A stretch of 64,000 nucleotides of DNA. Origin: Macrostomum lignano. Its lineage: Eukaryota. The notes under the pieces are model-generated. The model saw only the letters and a list, made by a program, of their open reading frames with translations. It ran no database searches and was not told the DNA's origin. The position numbers were made by a program, and so were the translations under genes. Where the stretch lies: NCBI GenBank assembly GCA_002269645.1, contig NIVC01000486.1:1-64000 (forward strand). The letters are read 5' to 3'. This document shows, piece after piece, positions 47,091-60,191 of this stretch (position 1 is its first letter; each line of letters starts with the position of its first letter).

Positions 47091-49364
47091 ATGTCCGCTG
47101 AAGGAGATCAATCTGTCAGTGCCAGTCATCTCAGCACGGTCATCGAAGAGGAAGATCTATACGACAACCACCTGTTGTACTCATCCGGCGGCACTACCGC
47201 GTCTCAAACGCCAACTGACGACGAGTCCACTTCGAGACGGTCATCTCAGGTCAGTGGAGTTATTGCGCTGCTGGGTCTTGTTATTAGAGGCAGGTGGCTG
47301 TGTGCACCCTGGCGCACTTTAAGCGACATTGTCACGCAACCGGCGAGAGGCATTGCTGCCCATTTCGCCGACTCCCCTGAGCAGGCACACAAGCGCGCGG
47401 ATACGTACGCAGCCACACGCACAGGCACACACTCACACAGAAGTGTACAGCGGCCCCAACTTATTTATCGTTAAGCATGTACTTGGGGCAATGGCATTAA
47501 TTGCTCAAACAGAGCCAAGCCGAGGTTCAAATTCAGCCCCAGACTGCACTTGGAATCTGGCACATCAGAGCGCCGCACTAGATCACTCGGCTACAACCCC
47601 ATTCGCTACAGGATGACAATGTCGCAAAATTATACCAATCAATAAATACTCGCTTAAGGTACAATCATTGAAGACAACTTGACAATGCAGCTATTCCTGT
47701 TGTGAAGCATATGATGAAAATGATGCATATCGGAGATAGACTCACTGAGAATGTTGACTACGCTGGCACACCCAACTGACGTGTGGCTTCAGGAACTTCT
47801 CAGCAGTCCCAATACGGCACATACCCGTGTATGACAGAGGTCAATTCAATTAGTTTGGGGCATCATTTGATGAAGACTTGACAAGAGCAATAAAATCTCC
47901 CCGCAGATATCGGAGTCCTCCGCAGCAGAGGCCGCCACCTCTGGCCCGTCTACCGTGCCGAAGAAGTCGTCGGTTCGTCGACCAATCGAAACCGGCGCTT
48001 CCTCCGGCGCTCGCCAGCTGGTTGAGAAACGTCGCAACCAAGCGCCGTCTGCCCCTGCCGCGAAAGCAGAGAAGAAATCCATATTCACTCTGGGTCACGT
48101 GCGCAAGATTTTCGGTCCCCAGAAGCATCAGCAGCAGCAACCACAGCAGCAGCAGAGCTCAAACTCGAGACGATCCAGCGATGGCTCCGGCGGTGGCTCG
48201 GAAGAGTCCGAGTTGACTCAGCGTCGGCTGTCCCAGATAAAGGTGGACAGCCTGCCCGCGGTTTTCCTTGTCAAGTATCTGGGCCTGGCGTCTGCCGCGG
48301 GCCTCTTTGGTGTTGACAGCATTAGAAGGCCGGTGGACGAGCTGGTCAAAGCGGCTGGAAAAAGGCGAGCAAAAACTGGCCGACCGCTGCCCATTGCTCA
48401 GCTGACGGTAAATGATGCCGAACTGTGTGGATGGTGCTGCGAGTTTTTGTGAATTTATTAGCATTGTTCATGATCCGAGATTGTTCATGATCCGAGAGAT
48501 TGTTCATGATCCGAGATTGTTCATGATCCGAGAGATTGTTCATGATCCTTTGTTCATGATCCGAGAGATTGTTCATGATCCGAGAAATTGTTCATGATCC
48601 GAGAGATTGTTCATGATCCGAGATTGTTCATGATCCGAGAGATTGTTCATGATCCTTTGTTCATGATCCGAGAGATTGTTCATAATCCGAGAAATTGTTC
48701 ATGATCCGATAGATTGTTCATGATCCGAGATTGTTCATGATCCGAGATTGTTCATGATCCGAGAGATTGTTCATGATCCTTTGTTCATGATCCGAGAGAT
48801 TGTTCATGATCCGAGAGATTGTTCATGATCCTTTGTTCATGATCCGAGATTGTTCATGATCCGAGAGATTGTTCATGATCCGAGATTGTTCATGATCCGA
48901 GAGATTGTTCATGATCCTTTGTTCATGATCCGAGATTGTTCATGATCCGAGAGATTGTTCATGATCCGAGATTGTTCATGATCCGAGAGATTGTTCCTGC
49001 TCCGAAATTGCTTCCGCAGGTGCTACAGCAGGGCGTCAGCGTGCGGCCGCACCCGCAGAGCGAGGGCGGCCGAGTTGACAAGGCCTTCCACCCCATCGAA
49101 GGCGTGTCCTACGCAGCTGTGGATCCCACAATGCGCCGCATCTTCTGCCTGGTTGTCCTGCCGGAGGCTGACCAGCAGCAGCAGCAACAGCAGCAGAAGC
49201 CAGAGTGCCACGCCTTCGTGTGCAACTCAGCGGAAACTGCCCACCGTCTGGTGCTGGCCGTGACATTTGCGTTCGAATCTGCGACTTCGGCAGCATCAGC
49301 AGCCACAGGTTCGAGGAGGCGCGATGATGAAGGAGAAGAAAACTACTACCAGAAAATGGTCTGA
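47091..49364 (+). CDS. PTB/PID-domain adaptor protein (FAM43/LDLRAP1-like), 3 exons, ~334 aa
   Basis: Exons are 47091-47249, 47907-48407 and 49020-49364, all phase 0 with GT-AG boundaries. PTB motifs: VFLVKYLG, HPIEGVSYAAVD..RIFCLV, ECHAFVC, RLVLAVTFAF. Confidence 0.85.
48465..48995. repeat. 17-19-bp minisatellite (ttgttcatgatccgagaga) filling PTB gene intron 2
   Basis: Tandem units end about 20 nt before the acceptor. Confidence 0.95.
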
Positions 49365-50203
49365 TCGGTGCCATGTCGAAGCAAAATTAATTGTTATTTC
49401 TAGTAGATATGTTTCATTGCATATCAGTTGAGATTATTGATAGTAACAGAATTTTTCCGGGCCAATGCAACTCTGGGAAAATCTTGCTAACAAGTGTTTC
49501 TGTCATTGGAGTAGATTTTACATTTCAAATTCATTCAAATTCAATGAAATTTGCTGTTGCTTGAGAACTGAAATATATTTTTTCTGATGCATTTTTGGAG
49601 AAATAAGACTTTCTAATGTTTTCTCACAATACTATTTTTGTGATATGTCATGTTTGCTTTAGCTAAGTTAAAACAGTTTAATTTATCTCCTGAGCAAAGA
49701 GCTTTTGACGTTCATCTAGATAAAGTGTGTGCTTGACTCAAAAGTAGCGTTCCAAGCTGTTCTTGTCTTATCCACTGATGCTGATTACTGGCCTCAGTGA
49801 CCCAATGCCATTGGATTTTTTCCCTTGTTTTAATCCCACAGAGAAATTGCATGCGCAATCACATTAGGTAATACAATATAACGCCTACCTTCGTAACTTT
49901 AATTCCGAGAGATGGGGTGAAATAAAAGTCAGAAGATAAGAGGGGAGAAGAGGGGAGAGGAGAAGGGAGAGAGGGGAGAAGGGAGAGAAGAGGGAAGAGA
50001 GAAGGGAGAGGAAAGAGAAGAGGGGAGAGGGGAGACGGGGAGAGAAAAGAGAAGAGGGGAGAGGGCAGAGAGGAGAGGGGAGAGGGAGAGAGAGTGAGGA
50101 GGCGAGAGAAAGAGTTGAAGAGATATGGACATTGAGCGGGCCGGATTGCAATTGTGAAGTTTCAAAGGACCCGAGCTTCAGCCCACTAGACAACGAGAAT
50201 ATA

Positions 50204-50206
<3 letters not shown>

Positions 50207-50281
<75 letters not shown>

Positions 50282-50335
50282 AGGAGAGAGAGAGAGAGAG
50301 AGAGGGGAGAGAGAGAGAGAGAAAGAGAGAGAGAT
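50207..50335. repeat. (GA)n microsatellite within a purine-rich tract (49925-50335)
   Basis: Seen directly. Confidence 0.95.
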
Positions 50336-51898
50336 AATTGTCTAAACACACGAACTGCCACTCCCAGACCGCATGTTTGGGAACAATATATCTGAAGGCA
50401 TAGCGGCACAAGTTATCAATTCAAAACGTAAACAAAACCACGGAGCTGATGCAGGAAAAATTGAAGCAAAGTATGTTCAAAGCAAAGAGTACCGAGCTAA
50501 CAGTTATTTCGGGTAAAAATCTTTAGCAACTTCTAAATGCCTCAACGATGTCCACGTTTTCTAAAGTCAGCACAGGTGTACGGTTTAGGATCTCCGGATG
50601 AAGAGACCTGCCCAGTGCCCATGCCCCGGAGATCCCACAAAGGTTACGGTAGTCTTCGTAGTCTCCGTAGGAGATCTTAAACCCTTTAAAGTCTCCGGTC
50701 GGAGATCCCAGTTCGTTTGCAGTCTCCGGATCGGCGACCCAAAACTGGCCGGAGCCCCAGAGATCCTAAACCGTAATACCGGCTGGTTCGGGTCGACGTC
50801 CGGCTCCAAGAACAGTGCAAAGGCTATTTAAAATCTGAAGACGGTCGCTCCGGAATAATTACCGCAAAATTTCATCACAAACAACAAAGAACCAAGACCC
50901 ATAAAGATGTGATTCAAGAGTTAAGGGCCAAATGTACTTTGATAAACTGCTGCATCTCGGCTGAATTCTTCAACCGTCAGATTCACTGCTTAGCAGCATT
51001 TTGCCAAGCAATACTACTACTGATCAAGAGGCAACTTCAGCATTGGTAGTGGTGGCAGTGCAGGTCTCAGGAGCTTTTGGAAGCAGCCACAGAAACTTCT
51101 GGGCAATTAGCATCACATTAACTTAACGAAAGCAGGCAAAATGTTTTGAGCTGCTATATTTCTTAATTTGAAGTCTATTCGAAACCAGGTTAAACTATAA
51201 ATTTATTCCTTTAGCAGCCTTCTTTTGAGTGATTCTTTTCGGGAACCTTTGATAGTCCGGGGTGCTGTACATTTTCATACAACGCCGGTGACAGCGGTGT
51301 AGGGTACACGAGTGATCCGATACTAAACTATACTTATGCGGTAGTAGTCAGTGTATAAGCACCAACGAGTGTCGCAACACCTCTGGTAGCAACGCGAATT
51401 CTGAGCTTCATCACGCCAGAACGAGCTCACTGTGCACACAGTGAAAATACTGAAAAATATTAGTAAAATACGTCTCAGCTCATTGTAGGAAAAAGTACCA
51501 ATGCTACAATTCGTAGCTCGTATTAGCGAAAGCGTAAAACAATGAAAACCGTTGACACAAGAGGCAATAAATAGCAGTAGCATTTTATAATAAAATCAGA
51601 ATAGGTGAAAATATTGTTATTTTGTTTCTGAATGTCTGAATGTTAGCCTGATCATGCTCTAACAGATGGCAAGGTAAAGTAATTATTCATAATTATGATC
51701 TCACTTAGTGGAAAAACTAGAAGGTAACATTATACACTCGTACTGCTTTGTAACACAACTACAATTATAATGAAATCATCCTTAATCCGCGCTGTCGATC
51801 ACTTGAAACCCGCTACGCTCCGACTCTGCAACCTCCACCGAGTCGCTGAGCTCTCTCGGAATTAAGCTGGCTCCCGGGTAGCTCTGGATGAGAGGCAA

Positions 51899-54800
51899 TT
51901 AATCTCTGAACAGTTGAAGCAAGCTGGCGGCAAAGTCGGCGCTCAGATCCATCGACGAACTCTCGTCTTCGAAACCAGTGACGTCATCCCATTCGACCAC
52001 CCTGAAACGGTTGCCTCCCTCCTCGGCGAACTTGGTCAGAGCGTCGCGGAACTCGGCCAGATGAGCTCGCACATCGCCAGTCCTGATGCCGCCGACTCTG
52101 CATTCTGCCTGCTTCCGGATGCCGAGTACACAGGTGGGAATTTCGAACGCGATTCTCCTCGATCGCCAGTCGTGCACTCGGAACGAGTAGCGCCTGCCGC
52201 TGGCCGCTCGGAACTCGTGCACACTCGACTGAGCTCCGAGCTCCGCGAGCTGGCTCCGCAACTTGGACTCGTCCGGGTAGCGACCGCTCTTCGGGATCAC
52301 GAACGTGTACGGCAGGTCGAACGGGATTGGCTCTGCAGAGCTGGACAGCTGCTGCATGTCTGAAATGAGCACAGATGCTCAGTTAGACCAGCAGCTATCA
52401 CCTAGCTAATAGCAGACGTCATATCCGTCTTAAATAAGTCGCTACTTACAATCACTGAGGGGCTGCGCGAATCCGATCCACGTGTTTGCCGCCATCGCGA
52501 ACGCCATCGACATCAGGGGAAGCTCGTCTCTGACCGACTCTGCGCTTGACTGCTGAGCAGCTCTCGATACGAAACTCCACCCGTCTATTAATAGGAAATC
52601 CTCAACTGCAGCAAGCATTTGCCACCTCAAAGAGTCACCGTCCTCCGCGATGTCGATCACCTGAAGCACGCTTGGCTCCGACTCTGCTACCTCCTCCGAG
52701 CTGGTGTCGCTAAGCTCTCTCAGAATCGAGTTCGCTCTCGGGTGGCTCTGGATGAAGCGCAACTCGTCTCTAAACTGCTGGAACATTGCCGTCTTGTCCT
52801 GATCGGCCATCCTGAGCTTCTGCATGACGAACATGGGTGCAGCGTAGCCGCAGAAGACCACTGCGTGCGAGTAGGTCGACTGGTCCTTCGTGAGCGGCTT
52901 CTCCAGCTGCAGCAGGTACGCCGTTACTCGCTTCTTGTAGCCGGGACTGTCGAACTCGAGACACAACTCAGTCGATGCGGTGCTCACCTTGCTGCATCCA
53001 GGAAACAGCATCTGTGGACACACACAGGATACCGGCTGGTTCTGGCTGCTCACGGCGCGCTCGTCCAGCAGCAGGAAGTACTTGGGAACGACTAGGATAT
53101 TGCTGGGGTTGACATCGGTGAGTCCGAAGTTTGTGAGCACTTGTTCTCGGATGAGGCCTTGAGCATCGAGCAGTGACGAGAAAATCTGGCGTCGCATGTT
53201 GGGCAGCACGTAGCTGAGGAACCCGGCGGCCAGTTGCCATGCGAAGCTCTCGCCTGGGCTGCTAAAGCCGCTGTTTTCTGAAAGGATTTGCAAATGGTGC
53301 GGAGAGAAGCTAATGCTATATCTTTTAAGTTTCATCTATGAAGTGATGCAGTAAGCTTTTCTGGCTATGCAGATCAGCGGCGAAGTAATTGTCCATTTGA
53401 GTTGGAATTATAGTGGTGATAAATTCTTCTTTTAATGACCACCTGGGTTCCAAAAGGTACGCAGAATGAATGCACAATCTCGTAAGAAACAAAGTCAATA
53501 TTGTTTCAAAATTACATACTTACCTAGTTCTGTATTGTTTAAGTCTTCCAAGAGTTTTTCAACTCTTTTATTATTTAAATCGTGCAGTTTCAGCACCTTC
53601 ACCATTCGAGTTGGAAGCAGCTGCGACAGGTACAGGTGACTGTCTGTTTTGCTTCTGTAGTTCTTGATTAGGTGGGCCATGCGCTTTCGTAGCCCATGAC
53701 ACTGTAATGTTTGCATGGTATTGACAGCAATAAGTATCCAGCCTTGACCTTGGGCTTACTACATTTGCCCTGTGCTCCAATTGCAAGTGGAGGCAAATGA
53801 TTACTACAGAGTTCAACTGCAACTGAGTTTGCAAATTTGCATTAAACCGTTTGAATTTTTGATTGTAGCCTAAAAGTCTACATTCTTCCTACATAAATCT
53901 GTGTAGGAAGAAATTGCAAAATAATAACTTTTTTACTTAATATGCATGTAACAATTTTGCCATACCAATTTATCAACAATTTTCTTAATCGCAAACTCAA
54001 TCTTTCTTAATTTCCTAGCCCAAATAACTACATTTACTTGTAACTTTGCATCAATTAATCCTTTTTAAATTTTTGGTAACTATAGCGAAGTAACGAGAGG
54101 ATTCAGAAAAAGGTAACAATCGTTACCTTTTTGGTTATTTGTAACGCCCAACACTGCATGCCATCAATAAGTTCCACTCTACCTTGAAAAGCTCCATACC
54201 AAGACGCTTTACACCACCAAGACGCTTTACACCACCAAGACGCTCTACACCACCAAGACGCTTTACACCACCAAGACGCTCTACACCACCAAGACGCTTT
54301 ACACCACCAAGACGCTCTACACCACCAAGACGCTTTACACTACCAAGACGCTTTACACCACCAAGACGCTTTACACCACCAAGACGCTCTACACCACCAA
54401 GACGCTCTACACCACCAAGACGCTTTACACCACCAAGACGCTTTACACCACCAAGACGCTCTACACCACCAAGACGCTCTACACCACCAAGACGCTCTAC
54501 ACCACCAAGACGCTTTACACCACCAAGACGCTTTACACCACCAAGACGCTCTACACCACCAAGACGCTCTACACCACCAAGACGCTTTACACTACCAAGA
54601 CGCTCTACACCACCAAGACGCTCTACACCACCAAGACGCTCTACACCACCAAGACGCTTTACACCACCAAGACGCTCTACACCACCAAGACGCTCTACAC
54701 CACCAAGACGCTTTACACCACCAAGACGCTTTACACTACCAAGACGCTTTACACCACCAAGACGCTTTACACTACCAAGACGCTTTACACCACCAAGACG

Positions 54801-56087
54801 CTTTACACTACCAAGACGCTTTACACTACCAAGACGCTTTACACCACCAAGACGCTCTACACCACCAAGACGCTCTACACCACCAAGACGCTCTACACCA
54901 CCAAGACGCTCTACACCACCAAGACGCTCTACACCACCAAGACGCTCTACACCACCAAGACGCTTACACTACCAATAAGATTCGCAATACCAATAAGATA
55001 ATGATGGTTCGCTCTTATCAATAATGTCCCCTTAATTGTTTTAAATAGTTGCTTCGAGCAGAAAAAAGCTAATAAGTCCTCGCGGGAGTGTCTCTAAATC
55101 TTGGTGAGATTCAGAAAATGATCAGCAACACCGAATAAGAACTTGTAAATCCTTACCCTCTCCACTGTTTGTCTAAGAAGTTTGGTCAGATGTGTCGCAG
55201 ATTCCGGTTGAAACGCAGTAAAAGTATTCAATACTAGTAGAACTTGATGACTTTCATCAATGCTGCTGTACACAGAATTCCCAGAGTTGCAAGGCTGCTC
55301 TACCAGATTTAAACAGCCTCTCAGGAGATCAACGACATTGTCATAGAGTCGGTCCTCCCCGTCACTGGAACCAACCACGATGATTGTGACGAATCTGTTT
55401 GTGTCTGAAAAGATTTAGTCGCACTCTTACTACATCAGAATTCGGTTGTATTGAGTTTTAACCGAAATTTAGCACCATCTATACATGTTTTTAACAAAGA
55501 TGCGATAGAGCCACGTACCTTGATTGAAGAATTGATGGCTGCACATGTATAGTCGATCAGCATGGGATTTATGGAAGTCCATTCTACACTTTGAAACAGA
55601 TTTCGACAGCTTAGGAAGCGAAAGTTCTCAGTAAGTTTTAAGCTAGCTAGAAAACAGATCTGCTGTTTCGTTACTGGGTCCGACAACATTGCCTAATGAG
55701 AAAAAATAGAACGAGAAAAACCGAGGCAAAACCGTGGACTTGCTGTGGGAGTTCCTTCATAAAAAAGGACATTTGTGCAAGTGTAGGCGCATAAAGTGTA
55801 CACAATTAAACAGTCTCATTTTCGCAAGCGGATACACGTAGCTCGTACAACTGCAGATAGATATGTTGATAGAGCTTCATAACGGGTTAATTTCTACCTC
55901 CATAATCCTGTTGACTACATGCACGATGACCAAAAAAATCTAGCCCTAATTTATTGTCACTATTGATAAACAGCATAACTCTTCTATTTTGGCTCACGGT
56001 AGCTCTTGTCTTTCTGGCACACAACCGCAAAGCTGAGGCTATTTCTTTATTTCTCTCGGCAGATGCGACCAGGAGGGCCGCAGACAT
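51899..56087 (-). CDS. Putative TIR-STING-STING protein (copy 1), 6 exons, ~659 aa
   Basis: Model: 56087-55998, 55692-55519, 55404-55157 (needs +1 A at ~55400 or an alternative donor), 53701-53524, 53277-52450 and 52359-51899. TIR-like segments: FVTIIVVGSS..SSIDESHQVLLVL..HLTKLL..LSQLLPTRMVKVL. STING-like domain 1: GESFAWQLAAGFLSYVLPNMRRQI, PKYFLLL, GYKKRV, CGYAAPM, QQFRDELRFI. STING-like domain 2: MAFAMAANTWIGF, PYTFVIP, GRRYS, FEIPTC, AEFRDAL, RFRVVEW. Aligned by eye to human STING (HGLAWSYYIGYL, RLYILLP, GIKDRVYS, LEYATP, KLFCRTL, CRLIAY). Confidence 0.72.
54195..54975. repeat. 18-bp minisatellite (acaccaccaagacgct[c/t]t) in the intron between TIR exons; duplicated at 63640-64000
   Basis: Tandem units; the same unit occurs at both sites, 9444 bp apart. 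Confidence 0.97.
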
Positions 56088-56399
56088 TCTTTTAACTATC
56101 CAGCTCGTCTTACAAAACTTTTTTGACGATACTAAACAGAAGCGTTTAAAAACATTTTTAGTACTGCTATAAAAAGCACAGGTTTATAATTGTTGTTCCT
56201 TCTTCTGTTTACACGGAAGCCTGTCTGATAAGAGCGACACACCATATGGCAGACGCGGATCCAGCCCCTGCTCTCAGCGGCCTCCGAAAAAACCGACGAC
56301 CGGAAGCTCCCCACAGATGACACAGAAGGATTCGCACGCACGTCTCCTGACAAAGCGGCAGCTAGGCGCAGAACACGCGTGGCGTCGAACTTGGTCGAC

Positions 56400-56660
56400 G
56401 AAACTCCTTGACGACACTCCTAGGAAGCGCAAAAATTAATGTTGCAGCCAATTCGTAGGCATCGTGAAGGTGTCCATGCCACCTTTACGAAGAAAACTTA
56501 GCGGCAAGGCGCTAGGACCGGACGAGGTCCCAGTGGAGGCCCTGCGGCGATCACAAGCGTGATGAACCGAGTACTTGTTGGCACCCACCACATGGAACAC
56601 AGCACACATTGTGCCGACCCCGAAGAAGGCCGCGGTACAACACAAAAAGAAAACCACCCT
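56400..56660 (+). mobile_element. Decayed non-LTR retrotransposon RT fragment
   Basis: Plus-strand remnants read KALGPDEVPVEALR and TTWNTAHIVPTPKK (N-terminal RT motifs), with stops and frameshifts. Confidence 0.6.
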
Positions 56661-58733
56661 AAAATCTTGCTGAGGTACATGTACTGCGTATCTCCAATAC
56701 GAGCAGATTCTCGTAGGGTTACCGTTTGACCCAAATCCTCACACTTTTCGTTTCCACGAACTTTCAGAAAGCTGAGGCCGAGCTACGATTTTATTGCTTG
56801 AGTCCATCCGGTTTAACGGCAGATGATCGTCGCTATCATTTCACTGTGTCGCGGTGAATCTCTGCGACACAGTGGCGCTGGAGAAACGGATGGCGACAAT
56901 GTGACTCTGCCTCACAAAATCCGTATACGAGATTTCAGTTTTGCTTTAATGCTTAAATTCTTACCAGCACATGTAGCGGTAACTCTTTTCTTGAACGTGA
57001 TTTTACTACCCGCGGTTTGAATAATGATTTAAAGAGAGCTTGGTCATATTTAACGAGCTGATCTTTCTGTTATTTTTATACAACCTGTCCTTAAACAGCA
57101 GCTGTCCACTGCGATCGAATGACATGGCATAGCAAAAATAACAATCTAGCTCGTAATGACTGAAAAAATATCAAGCACCTGCAACAAATGGGTTCATTTC
57201 ACTGTCGTAAATCACTAAGAATTTCATAGAAAACTCGATTGTATTCAGTATACATAAACTAAACAGCAACGATCGCAGACAGACAGGAATAAGCGCCAGC
57301 CCCCACAGAAGAAGGTTAGCGTAAAAAGCCTGCACGTTATTGACTTATTCCTGCAGAATCTGTGTAGACTAACAACGAGCTAAATACAATAATTTGGCAG
57401 TCTGGCTACATGTATAACTGTATCATGCATCAAGGAAATGTAATCAATGAAAGTAGCGACGGGTATGCAATTGTCAGGTCGTATAGAACGTCTTGATAAT
57501 ATTTCGAATAAAAATTATTTCTAAAATATGTAGTGACTGGCTGCTAACTGGCTATTCAGCAGCACTCACTAGCTTTCCCTAAGAGTGCTGTGATCCGCTG
57601 CACAGTAGCTCGGTCCACCTGATCTAGTGAGAGAGTTACCCTGTGCTGGGCCTAAGTGTTTACTGCCCGATGACTCATCGCCTGAGCGGGCGCGGCAGCC
57701 ACACAAAATGTCTTCCCCTCCCGCGCTGAGGAGGCGAAGCAGGATGACTCATCACCTGCGCGGAGTGTAATGGCTACCTAGAGGGAGTAAACAGGATGAC
57801 TCATCTGCCCAAGTTCTATTTTTAGCACAGAATAAGCACGTGACTGTGCACGCACGCTGTGCGTGGCCACTGACCTTGAGTCACGCCACTGCTGCGTGAC
57901 AGGGTTGCCTTATCTGGAAGTTGGCCTTGGATCACGCGTCGCTCGCATGATTCTGAGGACCAAATAAGGAAGTTTCACGCGCTCACCGCATGAAACTCAC
58001 GTGATTTTTGGGGGTCCGCTAGGCTATAAATACGGAGCATCTGAGAGCCGTTTTTCTCCAGATCGTGAGCCGCGTTCGGGAGCTTCCTCGACTGGAGCTG
58101 CCTCTGCCTTCGAGCTCTCCTCTCTCATTTCAGGTTTTTCAGGTTTTCAGGTTCGAGCAACATTCTACTAAGACGATCGACTGTCGAGACATTTTCAGAT
58201 TTGCCTTTGCTCCGAGCGACTTTGTTATATATTTTATTTCAGGTGACGGATAGACAACTCTGCCGACGCGTCGAGTCCACACACCAAGGTGGCAGCAATC
58301 CTACCAAGTCAAGGCTAACGTTTTAGGTTCATTTTCAGGCAAATCGATAGGTAGTACAACGTTGCTATCTAGCTACTTCAGGAGCAGCGGGTTCTATTTC
58401 TAGGAACATCTTTAAGAACCCGAGGAGTAGTACTTCAAATACATGCACAGTAAAGCAGATTTAAATAATATTTAAGTGAAGTATGTGGTAGGAATTTTGA
58501 GATATTTATTTCACCAACGAAAACACCAACAAATGTTGATTTATTGGCAAGCAACAACTGGCACAAAAATGGATTTTCATATTTATCATACAATACTATC
58601 GAGGAGTTGCATGTGTGAAGTCTTCACAGGAAAATTATTAACTATTAACTAGTCAAGCGGGTTGATGACTATTGAGAGATTAGTTATATCCATACATCAC
58701 AAAAACAGAAACGCACGTTAGTCTGCTGGTACT

Positions 58734-60191
58734 TTAATTTGACAAATTACTTCGTCCATTTAATAACAGTTCAAACAAACAGGCGGTAAAGTCGGCGCTC
58801 GGATCCATCGACGAACTCTCGTCTTCGAAACCCGTGACGTCATCCCACTCGACCACCTTGAAACGGTTGCCTCCCTCCTCGGCGAACTTGACCAGAGCGT
58901 CGCGGAACTCGGCCAGATGAGCTCGTACATCGCCAGTCCTGATGCCACCGAATCTGCACTCTGCCTGCTTCCGGATGCCAAGTACGCAGGTGGGAATTTC
59001 GAACGCGATTCTCCTCGATCGCCAGTCGTGCACTCGGAACGAGTAGCGCCTGCCGCTTGCCGCTCGGAACTCGTGCACACTCGACTGAGCTCCGAGCTCC
59101 GCGAGCCGGCTTAGAAACTTGGACTCATCCGGGTAGCAACCGCTCTTCGGGATCACGAACGTGTACGGCGGGTCGAAAGGGATTGGCTCTGCAGAGCTGG
59201 ACAGCTGCTGCATGTCTGAAATGAGTAGAGATGCTCAGTTAGACCAGCAACTATGACCTTGCTAATAGCATTGACGTGACATCAGTTTTGAAATAAGTCA
59301 CTACTTACAATCACTGAGGGGCTGCGCGAATCCGATCCACGTGTTTGCCGCCATCGCGAACGCCATCGACATCAGGGGAAGCTCGTCTCTGACCGACTCT
59401 GCGCTTGACTGCTGAGCAGCTCTCGATACGAAACTCCACCCGTCCATCAACAGAAAGTCCTCAACTGCAGCAAGCATCTGTGACCGTAAAGAGTCACCGT
59501 CCTCCTCGATGTCGATCACATGAAGCGCGCTCGGCTCCGACTCTGTTACCTCCTCCGAGCTGGTGTCACTAAGCTCTCTCAGAATCGAGTTCGCTCTCGG
59601 ATGGCTCTGGATGAAGCGCAACTCGTCTCTAAACTGCTGGAACATTGCCGTCTTGTCCTGATGGGCCATCCTGAGCTTTTGCATGACGAACATGGGTGCA
59701 GCATAGCCGCAGAAGACCACTGCGTGTGAGTAGGTCGACTGGTCCTTCGTGAGCGGTCTCTCCAGCTGCAGCAGGTACGCCGTTACTCGTTTCTTGTAGC
59801 CGGGACTGTCGAACTCGAGACACAGCTCAGTCGATGCGGTGCTCACCTTGCTGCATCCAGGAAACAGCATCTGCGGACACACACAGGATACCGGCTGGTG
59901 CTGGCTGCTCACGGCGCACCTGTCCAGCAGCAAGAAGTACTTGGGAACGACTAGGGTCTTGCTGGGGTTGACATCGGTGAGTCCGAAGTTTGCGAGCACT
60001 TGTTCTCGGATGAGGTCTTGAGCATCGAGCAGTGACGAGCAGATCTGGCGTCGCATGTTAGGCAGCACGTAGCTGAGGAACCCGGCGGCCAGTTGCCATG
60101 CGAAGCTCTCGCCTGGGCAACTGTTTCGTTGTTGAACCAGATTGTCGTTGATCTTTTTGATTGATGTACATGTATCATTACCGGTTTTCAT
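58734..60191 (-). CDS. STING-STING paralogue (copy 2), apparently lacking the TIR exons
   Basis: Exons are 60191 (in-frame ATG; an acceptor near 60113-60121 is also possible) to 59309, and 59215-58734. It is highly similar to copy 1 from PGESFAWQ onward. The sequence at 60120-61330 shows no match to the TIR exon. Confidence 0.7.

Noticed and set aside
56132-56734. Additional 5' exons of the TIR-STING gene
   Set aside because: The plus strand carries decayed LINE RT motifs here, so the minus-strand ORFs are incidental.
57528-58360. Possible solo LTR (TATA box, pyrimidine-rich R-like region, TGGCAGC PBS-like motif); similar promoter-like blocks at 32140-32640, 23230-24360, 44830-45420 and 50560-50830
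   Set aside because: I found no second copy, matching TSD or coding region, so the boundaries cannot be supported.
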